The translations under genes and the position numbers were made by a program. Below the pieces are notes generated by a model. That model was not told the DNA's origin, did not search any database, and saw only the letters and a program-made list of their open reading frames with translations. Below, one piece after another: positions 1 to 9,486 of a stretch of DNA of 64,000 nt; positions within the stretch are counted from its first letter, which is position 1, and the number at the start of each line of letters is the position of its first letter. The DNA lies in IMG/VR virus record IMGVR_UViG_3300012988_000016, positions 244,896 through 308,895 of that record. One strand, given 5' to 3'.

Positions 1-156
1 GAATCATCAACTGATCTAATGACATGGAAACCCTTCATCGGCCCTGGACCAGACGAACAAGTTGAAGCTGCTTGGCAGGAGGTTCAGTTGTGGATCCAGC
101 AAGAGCAACCCTTCGGGTTCTTCCGCATGGTCGCCTTCATTCCACCGGAGGTGTAA
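1..156 (+). CDS. 3' end of hypothetical protein (partial)
   Basis: Frame 1 open from base 1 to TAA at 154-156 (...FGFFRMVAFIPPEV*). Confidence 0.5.
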   Translation, partial: ESSTDLMTWKPFIGPGPDEQVEAAWQEVQLWIQQEQPFGFFRMVAFIPPEV

Positions 157-186
157 ACTCGTCCGACAAAACACCTACTAGACAAG

Positions 187-591
187 GTGCGTCAAAGCAA
201 GTACGTTCCCCACATGAAAGATTTCTCATTCGACTACGAGAAACTTTACCGTCTAGGCACCTCACAAGCCCTAGACTACCTCTACGAAATGATGGAGGAA
301 TTCCTGTTTGCTGGCCGTTATGACCTAGCCGAGCAAATCATGGTCAACATCGACCTGGACCGAGGTCAGACTGCGTTGGCGTGTGGGATCCTGACCGTCA
401 CGCTAATTTGGGATGAGGTGTTGCCCAGTCGGCCTGCGTTCTACCAGCGGGCCTACGAGTACTACCGAACCCGAGATAAGGATGCCGACGCTATCTTGGA
501 CGGATTGGAAAGGTACGAACCGTTTCCGGGAGTTCCGAGTCTTCGGGACTTTCGTGTGACGAGGTGGCAGGGGGCTTCAAAAGCTCAGTGA
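187..591 (+). CDS. hypothetical helical protein, paralog of 12289-12651
   Basis: ALDYLYEMMEEFLFAGRYDLAEQIM...ILTVTLIW aligns with AVDHTYRTLDTHLLAGEFDQAEYIL...ALTITTPW. Confidence 0.7.
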   Translation: MRQSKYVPHMKDFSFDYEKLYRLGTSQALDYLYEMMEEFLFAGRYDLAEQIMVNIDLDRGQTALACGILTVTLIWDEVLPSRPAFYQRAYEYYRTRDKDADAILDGLERYEPFPGVPSLRDFRVTRWQGASKAQ

Positions 592-682
592 TCTTGGCTT
601 GAGCCCTAACATCTCGCCGGCTCAATCGGATGTGACGGTGTTCCCGAACATCCAGGTAACCATCGTAGTGATTGAATGACAT

Positions 683-949
683 TTAGTGTCCTTTCAAAAT
701 CCTAGTCACAAGCCTCAGCCGGCTTGCTCGTGATCGCTTTCGAAAGCGTCGCAAGATAGGGTAGATGTCTTCCGACACCCCGTCTAGCTCGGAAGTGATC
801 TTCAGCTTATTTCTTACCCCTTCCACGCTCAACAGATCTACCGTCACTTCGGGTGTGATGGTGTGGGTCAGCTGCTTGACTTGACACAAGTATTTGATCA
901 CCGCCCAAGTGAATAGGCGATAGAAATCCTGGTCTACTTTCGCCGACAT
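683..949 (-). CDS. hypothetical protein
   Basis: ATG at 949 coupled to the stop of the upstream gene; start shortened from ORF track. Confidence 0.55.
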   Translation of the reverse strand: MSAKVDQDFYRLFTWAVIKYLCQVKQLTHTITPEVTVDLLSVEGVRNKLKITSELDGVSEDIYPILRRFRKRSRASRLRLVTRILKGH

Positions 950-1380
950 CAGGGCAACCACCATGATTCCCGATCTTTGAACAACGGCTTGATCAAGTCG
1001 GCCTGGGCTTGACCATCTTTCCAACGTTGGATGAAGCGTTGGCGGTCTGCTTCGTCCTTGGCGTAACTGCCGCCACCCTCTTTCTGACCGTCCACCCGAC
1101 ACCAAGTCGCATCAGCTTGTTCGAAGGCGGCTTCCAAGCCGGCCCCTTTGCGGAGTGCTGATAGGAAGTCCAACGCACTGTAGACACATCCCCCAGAGCC
1201 AGGAATCAGCCTTGAGGCGACCGCTTTGGGGGTGTTGTCCCCATACGGTTTCTCGGTAGCTTGTTCGAAATTGTCGAACGCCTTGAGGATGCAGAAGGCG
1301 ATCGTCACTGGATGCCCTGGGTAGAGGGCGTGATCCGGAGTGATGCCGTATTCTTGAAATAGTTCCCGATCAATTGTCAT
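949..1380 (-). CDS. hypothetical protein (predicted leaderless)
   Basis: Class A motif places the start at ATG 1380 (MTIDREL). Confidence 0.7.
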   Translation of the reverse strand: MTIDRELFQEYGITPDHALYPGHPVTIAFCILKAFDNFEQATEKPYGDNTPKAVASRLIPGSGGCVYSALDFLSALRKGAGLEAAFEQADATWCRVDGQKEGGGSYAKDEADRQRFIQRWKDGQAQADLIKPLFKDRESWWLP

Positions 1381-1386
1381 ACCCAT

Positions 1387-1414
1387 CCTGACGGCCATCA
1401 GATGTGGAAGTTAA
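1387..1414 (-). promoter_or_regulatory. class A promoter-like motif
   Basis: TTAACTT-N12-GCCGTCAGG; ATG 34 nt from the first T. Confidence 0.65.
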
Positions 1415-1417
1415 GGG

Positions 1418-2362
1418 TCAAAAACGGGCTATACCAGCCTCATAGTAGATAGGCTGGAGCTCTGCCCCAAAGGCTCGACGGCCTAGCCGTTTGGCAGCCA
1501 GCGAGCCACTGAACAGGCCGCCAAAGGGTTCCCACACCACATCCCCTGGGTCAGATGAAGCTTCGATCAGGCGACTCATCAGGTCGAGGGGCTTCTGATT
1601 GGGATGCAGCATTTTGGTCCCCACCTTGACCCTCTCATGCCCATTGACTGGACCTCGGTTCCAACAATTGGTCACCCCATGAGGGCAGTTGAACTTAGCT
1701 CTCATCAGTTTCCACTCAGATGGGGTGACGGGATGCTGACCATCAAGTGAGAAATAGGGACGTCCCTCGGGTCTACCATGTTGATTGGCATGATTGACCA
1801 TCAGTTGCATCGCCTGCACTGGGGGAAAGTACCAGAGTCGTCCTTGATTGAGGTACTTTCGAGTAGCCGCATCCTTGACCCCACAAGCCTCGTTGGCTGA
1901 TTTGAGGGTCAGTCCAGTACGCCTCCATTCCCGCAGCAACCACTGTTTGAGCGTGGAACAGGCAACCTTTGGCTCAAACACGTACTGACAACATATCTCG
2001 GTCACGACAGGGAAGCGGCGTATTTTCTTCGTATCTACGTTGCCTGCAATGTGCTGAAGTCCCTTGTTCCACACATTGAGGTTTTGATACCGCCAGCCAT
2101 ATCGCTCCAACAATGGGTGAGCGGACGCCCACCCTATCTCGGTATTCCAGAACCAGAGGGTAGTTTGGGGCAAGGCTAGCTCCGACCAAAGCCTCACATG
2201 AGGCTCATACCAAGGCGGTATGCTGAGATGATCGGAGGTGTCTCCTTCGAAGCCCAATAGACCGTACGCCCCATCTGAGATGATGACGGTTGGCTTGGGC
2301 CAATCTCTGTAGAACTGCAGACTGTCCCCAAGATAAAGGGAGGCTTGCCCCTCAAGCATCAT
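1418..2362 (-). CDS. DNA N6-adenine/N4-cytosine methyltransferase, beta class
   Basis: N-terminal GDSL and VIISDGAYG (DPPY-like motif IV); C-terminal HPNQKP...DPGDVVWEPFGG (motif X/I). Confidence 0.85.
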   Translation of the reverse strand: MMLEGQASLYLGDSLQFYRDWPKPTVIISDGAYGLLGFEGDTSDHLSIPPWYEPHVRLWSELALPQTTLWFWNTEIGWASAHPLLERYGWRYQNLNVWNKGLQHIAGNVDTKKIRRFPVVTEICCQYVFEPKVACSTLKQWLLREWRRTGLTLKSANEACGVKDAATRKYLNQGRLWYFPPVQAMQLMVNHANQHGRPEGRPYFSLDGQHPVTPSEWKLMRAKFNCPHGVTNCWNRGPVNGHERVKVGTKMLHPNQKPLDLMSRLIEASSDPGDVVWEPFGGLFSGSLAAKRLGRRAFGAELQPIYYEAGIARF

Positions 2363-3258
2363 GGGGATGGTTGGTAGACCGTAAAATTGTTCACGAAGGA
2401 GCTCTTCTTAGGGTCCAACACATCATCCAACAACATGGTGAAATCCCCATTCTTGGTACGATTCCCATTGTTGATGAACCCACCTCTAATCCCAGAAGTG
2501 AACATCCATCGATGCTCGGCAGGGATCATTCGATCCAGCTTATCCCCTATACCGGCACCCAGTCTCAGTTGTTCGGCTCGCTTGGAACCAAAAATCAACG
2601 TATGGTCACGACGAACCAAATTATCCAATCGAGGCGGGCGTCCGTCATGAGCGTCGATCGCAGGAGCGAACAATGTGTTTTCAAAGCCGGCCCTAGGACG
2701 GTACCACCAGAATATCGGATCGGTGCTTTCACCCCGCATATCCTGCATATCAAAGCAACAAATGGCGATTGGCCATTCTGGATATAGACGCCCCAATTCG
2801 TCCAAGAAAGCCTCAGGGATATGGGGGCGTTTGTTGGACGGAACTTCTTTCAACGCTAGATTCAAACCAGCCGCTGAATTGGACAGCGCTACCGTATAGG
2901 CACCGGAGTCAATGATCTCGAAGGCTACTGCACCCAACACATCTTCGTCATCGTCTTCACTCAAAGAGAAGCTTCTGGAAAAGCTTTTCTGCTTGGGTTT
3001 AAGATGCTCGATCGCTTGATGGTATTCAGACAAGATGTCTTTGAAGCCGCTCGCATCCACCACATTAGCCGGACCCAATGAACCCAGGGCAGGGATGGGT
3101 AGGATCATGGCATTCGGGCCTCGCCTGTAGGCCGTCACACTATTTTGATAACCCAGGACGTGGACTGTCTCAACCCCATCTTCTGTGGGATGATCCACTT
3201 CAGCTGAATAGATGACGGTGTTGGAAAGCTCAGTACCAGATTCGATGACACAACACAT
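2359..3258 (-). CDS. conserved hypothetical protein (possibly DUF2330-like)
   Basis: 299 aa with HVLGYQN...GPNAMILPIP; class B motif 9 nt upstream. Confidence 0.7.
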   Translation of the reverse strand: MCCVIESGTELSNTVIYSAEVDHPTEDGVETVHVLGYQNSVTAYRRGPNAMILPIPALGSLGPANVVDASGFKDILSEYHQAIEHLKPKQKSFSRSFSLSEDDDEDVLGAVAFEIIDSGAYTVALSNSAAGLNLALKEVPSNKRPHIPEAFLDELGRLYPEWPIAICCFDMQDMRGESTDPIFWWYRPRAGFENTLFAPAIDAHDGRPPRLDNLVRRDHTLIFGSKRAEQLRLGAGIGDKLDRMIPAEHRWMFTSGIRGGFINNGNRTKNGDFTMLLDDVLDPKKSSFVNNFTVYQPSP

Positions 3259-3264
3259 GACAGG

Positions 3265-3753
3265 TCATACACCACCGAAAGGGACCTTGTGCGGGGGTTG
3301 CCAATAGTTTGGCCAGTTCTCGATCAGTCGGGTAAGACAGTAATCCATGTGCTCAATCACACTAAGAGGTACTTGATGCACATTCCTAGCATGGCTGACC
3401 TCTACCGGACATTCCAGCAACACCAACTCTGGAAAATGCCCAAAAGCCGACGCTATCTGAACGTAAGGCGCAAGATCGTACAACATCACATTGGTGTTAT
3501 CGACCACAACCGTCGATTCTCTAGACAATGGAGTGGTGGTCCGATAATAGTGCATGGGGGTGGACACCAGATTGACGAACTTGCGCAAACAAGCCCCATG
3601 AGCCAAACTCCGATCCTCTATTTCAAAGCTGTATCCACCTGGACCTTCATGCCAATGATCGGCACTGCAAATCGAAACGTCCCCCCAAGTGTTTCGCTTG
3701 ATCCAAGTAGATTTCCCAGCGCCTGGTAGCCCAATCAAAATCACCACTCTCAT
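3265..3753 (-). CDS. P-loop kinase (AAA_33/polynucleotide kinase-like)
   Basis: Walker A GLPGAGKS, SAD, VVVDNTN and RNVH lid motif. Confidence 0.85.
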   Translation of the reverse strand: MRVVILIGLPGAGKSTWIKRNTWGDVSICSADHWHEGPGGYSFEIEDRSLAHGACLRKFVNLVSTPMHYYRTTTPLSRESTVVVDNTNVMLYDLAPYVQIASAFGHFPELVLLECPVEVSHARNVHQVPLSVIEHMDYCLTRLIENWPNYWQPPHKVPFGGV

Positions 3754-3780
3754 GGTGAGGCATTACACCAAATCCTGGAC

Positions 3781-4080
3781 TCAAGGCTTCGGAAGTGGGT
3801 CTGCTTTGACGAACCAGCTGACACCCCAGCAAGAGTAGTGATCTCCCGAACAGGTGCAGTAGTAGGCCAGCGGGTCACCCGAACTATCTAGCGGCACAGG
3901 AGTGTTGTGGGCACCGAACGCACAGGTGTCAGCCGTCTGAGGGTCACACTTGAAAGTGCCGTAGTTGAAATCAGCCGCATCATGCAGATAGCAGGAGTCT
4001 GGGACGGCTGGCTTCTGGTCAGGATCCTGACCTGAACATGAGGTTAGTACTAGGAACGCTAAAATGATGGTTTTACACAT
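3781..4080 (-). CDS. Cys-rich lipoprotein
   Basis: Signal peptide with lipobox LTSC; several Cys in the mature part; class A motif at 34 nt. Confidence 0.7.
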   Translation of the reverse strand: MCKTIILAFLVLTSCSGQDPDQKPAVPDSCYLHDAADFNYGTFKCDPQTADTCAFGAHNTPVPLDSSGDPLAYYCTCSGDHYSCWGVSWFVKADPLPKP

Positions 4081-4086
4081 ACCATC

Positions 4087-4114
4087 TAGAACGGAGCAAG
4101 GAAATGAAAGTTAA
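4087..4114 (-). promoter_or_regulatory. class A promoter-like motif inside an inverted repeat
   Basis: TTAACTT-N12-TCCGTTCTA-N6-ATG(4080); 14/15 inverted repeat 4088-4102/4117-4131. Confidence 0.75.
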
Positions 4115-4136
4115 GGTCCCTGCTCCGTTCTCAACG

Positions 4137-4928
4137 TCAACTTTCCCAGGTGGGGGTCGACCAGGCTTCGGGCCACGAACGTGTGGCGGGGGATGCTTGG
4201 TTCTTATCCTTGGTCAAACCTTGATCCCGCATCTTCGCAGCAACCAGGCGGTCGGCCTCCACATCTGAGCCGTTGTAGCGTGAGACCTGCTCCTTATTGG
4301 GGTTCTTCTGACCTTCCTTGAGGGTCAAAAAGCCGCATTCGATCGCTCTCTCAAGAGCAGCGATCTTCATAGGAGATCCGTTCCGTAGGATGACCTGTTC
4401 CTTCCCATCATAGTAGATCTCAGAGTCTTTCAAAAAGGTCAGCTGAGAGTGGGCGGCGGTTCCAGTTACCCAGGAATGAACAAATTCTCTGGCTACCAGA
4501 TAAATGGTATAGACGGCACTCTGGGTTCCCTCTGACCTCTTAATCTGGGTCCAATCGACATCACGTGGGTACATGAACCCCGCTTGAGAGGTACGATCTT
4601 CGGACAACCATCTCCCCTGATATACCTCTCCGTACAGTTTTACCGTACCATGCAGCTTATAGTTTCCAGCATGAGTCCTGACCACCGTACCATCTGGCAG
4701 GGTTTCGGGGAGTTTGGTAGGTTGTTTACCGTAGAAGCCTGCACGACGGGCTCGGATGCGTCGACCCAAAGCCACTACGACTTCTGGATTCTCGGCCCTG
4801 GCTCCAGGCGCACATGCATACGAGATAGCGGCCAGATGTAGGTCTTGAACACCATAACTGGGGCAGTCGGCCCATCCAAGGATTTGACCATCAGCGTCTT
4901 GTTCACCACAACATTCGCATTTAGACAT
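4137..4928 (-). CDS. hypothetical protein
   Basis: Start MSKCECC 9 nt after GGTGTA. Confidence 0.65.
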   Translation of the reverse strand: MSKCECCGEQDADGQILGWADCPSYGVQDLHLAAISYACAPGARAENPEVVVALGRRIRARRAGFYGKQPTKLPETLPDGTVVRTHAGNYKLHGTVKLYGEVYQGRWLSEDRTSQAGFMYPRDVDWTQIKRSEGTQSAVYTIYLVAREFVHSWVTGTAAHSQLTFLKDSEIYYDGKEQVILRNGSPMKIAALERAIECGFLTLKEGQKNPNKEQVSRYNGSDVEADRLVAAKMRDQGLTKDKNQASPATRSWPEAWSTPTWES

Positions 4929-4945
4929 GATGACTCCTACACCAA

Positions 4946-5203
4946 TCAGTTGACCCAAGTACTGGCCAATATGGCGGTACAGCTCCTTGTTACAAATCTC
5001 GTCGACATATAGAAAGGATGTCCAAAGTCGAATCGACCTTTACACCCACAATGTGGACATGTGTGCTCCACTATTGTCTCGGTGACCCTAATTGGTTCAT
5101 GCTCGTCATCATTGAGGATCTCGCCACAGCGGCAAAGAAGCACACAACGGCGGTCCCTCATGACGGTACGATACTTGAACCAGTTGCGTATTTGACGAAT
5201 CAT
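4946..5203 (-). CDS. small zinc-ribbon protein
   Basis: CRCG...CPHCG. Confidence 0.6.
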   Translation of the reverse strand: MIRQIRNWFKYRTVMRDRRCVLLCRCGEILNDDEHEPIRVTETIVEHTCPHCGCKGRFDFGHPFYMSTRFVTRSCTAILASTWVN

Positions 5204-5421
5204 TCACTCACCCGTTCAAGCCAACGCCCGCAGTAGCCGTACTTGAGCCCACTTGGCTCCCACCTGACATCGAAGGCGGGGTCGGACTTATAACCGTCGT
5301 CACCGACGACCACGCCCACACAATGACCGAATTCCTCAACATGTTCTGCACAATCATTGATCAGCAGTCCTTTCTTGAGTTCTTCCGTCATACGGACGCG
5401 GTCGCCGACTTTCAGCCTCAT
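5200..5421 (-). CDS. small SH3/KOW-like hypothetical protein
   Basis: LKVGDRVRM...GVVV...VRW; coupled start. Confidence 0.6.
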   Translation of the reverse strand: MRLKVGDRVRMTEELKKGLLINDCAEHVEEFGHCVGVVVGDDGYKSDPAFDVRWEPSGLKYGYCGRWLERVSE

Positions 5422-5813
5422 TACTGGATTTCTTTCGAATCTAGCTGTTGCCAAGCAGTTAGACGCTCTGGTGTGGCTGTCTTGATGTTACCCAAGGACC
5501 AGCAGGTCCCCATATTGGCCTTCAGGACTACAAGGGAAAAGAAGCTGATTGAGTTCTCTTTCAAGATCTCCTCCAAGTCCTTATTTGCTTTGGAGATCGT
5601 ATGGGTGCTCTCTAAAGATTGTCCCGCTGGTTCCAGCCGAAAGGTCAAAAGAGCCCCTAGAATGTTCTCCTCAGTTGTCACATAATCGTAAAACTCTTTT
5701 GCATTGGAGCCAGGGATAGGGGACACCTTCCAACCTCGACCAATCAAACACGCGAAAATGGTGTCTGCAAAAGCAGGGGTTAGGATGGTGAGGATAACTG
5801 TGTGGGTGGCCAT
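5421..5813 (-). CDS. hypothetical protein with C-terminal RxTxWQxL motif
   Basis: Start at MATHTV; ends ERLTAWQQLDSKEIQ. Confidence 0.6.
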   Translation of the reverse strand: MATHTVILTILTPAFADTIFACLIGRGWKVSPIPGSNAKEFYDYVTTEENILGALLTFRLEPAGQSLESTHTISKANKDLEEILKENSISFFSLVVLKANMGTCWSLGNIKTATPERLTAWQQLDSKEIQ

Positions 5814-5820
5814 AGATTGA

Positions 5821-6081
5821 CTAGACGGGCTCGGGTATGGGCAGTTCGCTCTCGAAAGCCTCAAAGGCTTCCTTGAGGGTACGGAACGGTCCGACCGTCG
5901 GTTGCTGAAGCTTCTGGTTGGGCATCAACCCCACCAATGCCCAATCCTCATCAACCGAGGCCCAATAACCCTTGTCTCGCTGGATCAGCACCCCACGACC
6001 CTTGAGATGCCGGACCGACACTGCATCTCCTGCTCGTTCGGTCATCCAGCTCTTCAGCACATAATCACGCAATTTCGCCAT
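5821..6081 (-). CDS. hypothetical protein
   Basis: Class B motif 10 nt upstream. Confidence 0.65.
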   Translation of the reverse strand: MAKLRDYVLKSWMTERAGDAVSVRHLKGRGVLIQRDKGYWASVDEDWALVGLMPNQKLQQPTVGPFRTLKEAFEAFESELPIPEPV

Positions 6082-6101
6082 CTTGCCTCAATACACCGAA
6101 G

Positions 6102-6491
6102 TCAAAAGTTGTTCCCACCAAAGATCAGTTGATCGACTGATTGGGTCCAAACCGTTTCTTGTTGCAGACGCTCCAACTCAGCAGGGTCAGGCTGAAGCAC
6201 CTTCTCTTCACCAGACATCAAGGCCGAACCTGGCTCAGTCGCACACTCACGACACGATAGATAGGTGACCGCCGTCACTGGACGAACAACAGGGTACGAA
6301 TCCTCGGGGGTGGCGAAGTCATTGTCCTTCGGATCCTTCAAGGACCTAAGCCCTACCACGTAGGCCACTTGTTCCAGTCTGAATGAAAACAGGCTACCCT
6401 CAACGGTCAGGTCAGTTCCACAACGAGGACACACCTCTGGGAATTCGATTTCTCGAACGCGAACCACTAGATCCGCAAATTTGACCTTCAT
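6102..6491 (-). CDS. zinc-ribbon hypothetical protein
   Basis: CPRC...CREC; degenerate class A motif at 34 nt. Confidence 0.65.
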   Translation of the reverse strand: MKVKFADLVVRVREIEFPEVCPRCGTDLTVEGSLFSFRLEQVAYVVGLRSLKDPKDNDFATPEDSYPVVRPVTAVTYLSCRECATEPGSALMSGEEKVLQPDPAELERLQQETVWTQSVDQLIFGGNNF

Positions 6492-6528
6492 GGACGTCCA
6501 TACGGCTGTCTTGAAGGAGACCTAAGCT

Positions 6529-6948
6529 CTACTTGTGGTGTTCCATCCATTTGAACGATACGCTGATGGCTCCCCAATAGCCTTTTCGGGCCACCTTCCA
6601 GCCAGGCGAGTTGGAACCATCGTGGTCTGGGTATGTGGGCTGATCCTTAGGGTCCATCTGTCTGAAGAAGTTCTCCGCCATCTGGATCACCCCCAAAGCG
6701 TCGAGCGGGAAGGGCAGCTGTACCCACCCATCGGTAGCGATTTCATGATGACCAATTCCACCAGAGAAAATGATCTCACTTCCTTTGGCTCGAACATGTG
6801 AGACAGACCTGATTTGGGCCATCAACATCGCGATAGAGGCCTTCAAATGAATGGGGGATGACCCAGCCACTTCAAACGATGCCATACTATCGATGGGGTT
6901 GTGGGATCGATCGGAAAGAGCTCGCACTATCTCGTCAGCTAGACTCAT
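6529..6948 (-). CDS. hypothetical protein
   Basis: Class B motif 9 nt upstream. Confidence 0.65.
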   Translation of the reverse strand: MSLADEIVRALSDRSHNPIDSMASFEVAGSSPIHLKASIAMLMAQIRSVSHVRAKGSEIIFSGGIGHHEIATDGWVQLPFPLDALGVIQMAENFFRQMDPKDQPTYPDHDGSNSPGWKVARKGYWGAISVSFKWMEHHK

Positions 6949-6986
6949 GTTTGGCCTTACACCACTGGTGTAGGGGAAAGCATCGA

Positions 6987-7163
6987 ATGGAAACCCATTA
7001 CTACGTCTACAAGTACGTCAGAAAACCTGCCGATGGTGGAAAGCCGTACTATTGCTACGAACGGACATGTGGTACGGAGAGGAGGGCCCAGGAACGAGTC
7101 AAGCAGCTGGGTGAAGGTTCCGTCTACCTGATCAACCATCTCATCCGTGGAGCATTCTATTGA
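6987..7163 (+). CDS. hypothetical protein
   Basis: METHYYVY start, divergent from TACACC-act-GGTGTA. Confidence 0.55.
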   Translation: METHYYVYKYVRKPADGGKPYYCYERTCGTERRAQERVKQLGEGSVYLINHLIRGAFY

Positions 7164-7402
7164 GTCATCTTACCCGAGAAGCGGTCATGCTGGACCCGTT
7201 CTTCCACACCTGCTTGGCGGCTTGCCTGCAGGATAGGGACTTCATCGAGGGATTCGATCGTCTGACTGGTAGCTGTTTGGCACTTCACAAGCTACAGCCG
7301 ATCGAACAGATGGTAGATAGGGCAACGGGCAGGACGGAAGAAAGCGTCCAACGGTTCGTTGATTTTGTCTATCAGACCGTCTATCTGAGAGTATCTGGAT
7401 GA
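7160..7402 (+). CDS. hypothetical protein
   Basis: Coupled ORF, 80 aa. Confidence 0.6.
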   Translation: MSHLTREAVMLDPFFHTCLAACLQDRDFIEGFDRLTGSCLALHKLQPIEQMVDRATGRTEESVQRFVDFVYQTVYLRVSG

Positions 7403-7575
7403 GTCGATCCATCAAAGGGGCTAAGGGCCCTGGCTATGAATATTGGACCAACCGGCCTGGCAACCGATTGGGCGCCAACCGACCCACATCAGGCAAGTGG
7501 GGTAAGAAGCGGACTCACCGCTTGGAGCGTCTGATCAACAGATCGATCGTTAGAGAGGAAAAGAAGTCGGCCTAG
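7399..7575 (+). CDS. small basic protein (not in ORF track)
   Basis: ATGA overlap; MSRSIKGAKGPGYEYWTNRP...KKRTHRLER, 58 aa. Confidence 0.65.
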   Translation: MSRSIKGAKGPGYEYWTNRPGNRLGANRPTSGKWGKKRTHRLERLINRSIVREEKKSA

Positions 7576-7585
7576 CCGACCGACT

Positions 7586-8053
7586 TCACTTGTACGGGTT
7601 GTGGATAGAGGCGATGGGGTCATCTTCCAAGACGACCTTTGCTGGCGGCAACTTGGCTGAGGCGACAGGGGCGGGGGCAGCCGAGGCGACAACAGCGGGT
7701 TTTAGGACTGGATTCTGGTACACCACCACGGGAGCGACGGGCTTGGGGGCCGATTGCACCGTCGGCACGACAGGTTGGGCAGAGGGTTGAGCTGAAGCGA
7801 CGGGTTGCGGTTCCCCTGCATCTGCCAATTCGCCCACAGACACCACTGGGATGCGATCCTGCTCTATGGAAGCTTGCCAACGCTTGAGAAACTCCAGCGT
7901 CTCTGCATCCAGAACCACAGGTGTGACGACAGCTTTGGTCTGTTCCACAGGGGCTGGTAGTTTGGGCACCGTTACCGAGAGGCGGCCACCCATGAAGAGC
8001 GCAACGGCTGAAACGAATATTGAGGCAATTGCGAAACGGTCTATGTTGTCCAT
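7586..8053 (-). CDS. membrane-anchored Pro/Ala-rich protein
   Basis: N-terminal hydrophobic helix, VASAxP low-complexity tail; class A motif at 34 nt. Confidence 0.65.
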   Translation of the reverse strand: MDNIDRFAIASIFVSAVALFMGGRLSVTVPKLPAPVEQTKAVVTPVVLDAETLEFLKRWQASIEQDRIPVVSVGELADAGEPQPVASAQPSAQPVVPTVQSAPKPVAPVVVYQNPVLKPAVVASAAPAPVASAKLPPAKVVLEDDPIASIHNPYK

Positions 8054-8059
8054 ATCCGG

Positions 8060-8087
8060 TAGAACGGATAGGACGTTTCGAAATTAA
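8060..8087 (-). promoter_or_regulatory. class A promoter-like motif
   Basis: TTAATTT-N12-TCCGTTCTA-N6-ATG(8053). Confidence 0.75.
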
Positions 8088-8088
8088 C

Positions 8089-8340
8089 CTATTTCGAATC
8101 TTTTTCGGATTCCAGTACCAATGAAAGAAGCAGTCGCTGGGGGAAGGCGGTCGACAACACCAAGAGCCTTCGATCTGGCGTATCGAGATCAAAAGCTTTG
8201 AGCCAATCGGTCACCCAAAGGGGGATCGGATGAGGCACCTTGCCATCCAACACGATCGATCGGGCCACCTCAATCATCTCTTTCCGTTCTACAGGTAAGA
8301 TATCCGTGTAGAGCATCGTCTTTTGGTCGATTTGCATCAT
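8089..8340 (-). CDS. hypothetical protein
   Basis: Coupled ORF in a minus-strand run. Confidence 0.6.
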   Translation of the reverse strand: MMQIDQKTMLYTDILPVERKEMIEVARSIVLDGKVPHPIPLWVTDWLKAFDLDTPDRRLLVLSTAFPQRLLLSLVLESEKDSK

Positions 8341-8519
8341 TTTCTCTTCGGTTTTTGGCTAGATTTCAGCAGCATCCACAGCAACAAGTTCTGAAAAACT
8401 GCAGCAGCTGTGAAAATTTTGCCTATCAGAGGGTTTGCCGTCCAAGTATACGCAATGATCGCTATCGCCATGCTGGCAGGCACCAAAGCCCACCAGCGGC
8501 TTCTAGGGAACCAATTCAC
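8337..8519 (-). CDS. small membrane protein
   Basis: Two hydrophobic segments; coupled. Confidence 0.55.
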   Translation of the reverse strand: MNWFPRSRWWALVPASMAIAIIAYTWTANPLIGKIFTAAAVFQNLLLWMLLKSSQKPKRK

Positions 8520-8731
8520 GCCTTGGACTCATTTCGAGTCTGCAAGTCGACTTTGGCTTGGAGGAAGTCGGCAGCATCGTACAACCCAGCCCTATTGGCA
8601 AGAGGAATCAATGCCTTGAGTTGATCGATAAGAGAGGCTTGGCTCTGGGTGGCCGTGGTCTCCTTATTGCACTTGCGGCAGGATCCGTCGTAAGCGACAT
8701 TGGGGGCAGCACATTGACAAATGTCAGCCAT
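8516..8731 (-). CDS. hypothetical protein
   Basis: CQC...CRKC; coupled. Confidence 0.55.
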   Translation of the reverse strand: MADICQCAAPNVAYDGSCRKCNKETTATQSQASLIDQLKALIPLANRAGLYDAADFLQAKVDLQTRNESKA

Positions 8732-9000
8732 CAGAATTCCCCCTTCTCCAAGGAATCTGCACAGATATCACACTGGTAACCGCGCTGGACATCGATTGGG
8801 GTCAACATATCGGCACGTCCACAGGTCGGACACGGACAGTTGCGGGGATTGCGCTTGGTGGCAGCTCGAAGGGCAGAACGGCCGCCAGGATCGGCGAAAC
8901 CCACACCATCGATGGGAGCGAAATCTTCATCTTCGCCATCTAGGTCAAAATCTTCGCGATCGTCCTCAAAGCCGTCGTATCCGTCAAAGTCCTGATCCAT
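8731..9000 (-). CDS. acidic protein with zinc finger
   Basis: Asp-rich N-terminus, CPTC...CDIC; class A motif gives ATG 9000. Confidence 0.7.
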   Translation of the reverse strand: MDQDFDGYDGFEDDREDFDLDGEDEDFAPIDGVGFADPGGRSALRAATKRNPRNCPCPTCGRADMLTPIDVQRGYQCDICADSLEKGEF

Positions 9001-9006
9001 GACCCC

Positions 9007-9034
9007 TATAACGGATCCCACCGGGAGGAGTTAA
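9007..9034 (-). promoter_or_regulatory. class A promoter-like motif
   Basis: TTAACTC-N12-TCCGTTATA-N6-ATG(9000); its TAA is the stop of the upstream gene. Confidence 0.75.
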
Positions 9035-9486
9035 GACCTTTTCGATCCAATCAGACCGTGATCGGCCTGCCACTGGGTCATTTCCTCGTATTCGGCCATC
9101 ATCTTAGGCTCATACTGAGGATCTCTGAGCCATCCCAGATGTTCAGGATCTCGCACCGTCACCCAAGCGACGTAAGCCTCAGCATAGAAGCGGAGGAAGG
9201 CCTCACCTTCCTCCATGGTGCGAAACAGACCCCCACCATGCCCCACACCGTTGTCCAACCATACGAGATTATAGGCAATCAAACTTTCAGGTTCGGTCGA
9301 CTGTTTTGGCGTTCGAACCGGTTTGACCTTCTTCTCAATCTTTCGAGCTTCATCAACCAGTTGGCGGGCCAACAAGTCTAGACGAAACCATTCTGACAAG
9401 ACGCTACCCTCGGCAAGCTTAAGTTGTCGACGAGCCAACCTAGCCGCATAGCGAAGCGTCTTAGGGTCTCGTTTAGGTCGAGTCAC
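9031..9486 (-). CDS. hypothetical protein
   Basis: 151-aa coupled ORF. Confidence 0.6.
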   Translation of the reverse strand: MTRPKRDPKTLRYAARLARRQLKLAEGSVLSEWFRLDLLARQLVDEARKIEKKVKPVRTPKQSTEPESLIAYNLVWLDNGVGHGGGLFRTMEEGEAFLRFYAEAYVAWVTVRDPEHLGWLRDPQYEPKMMAEYEEMTQWQADHGLIGSKRS

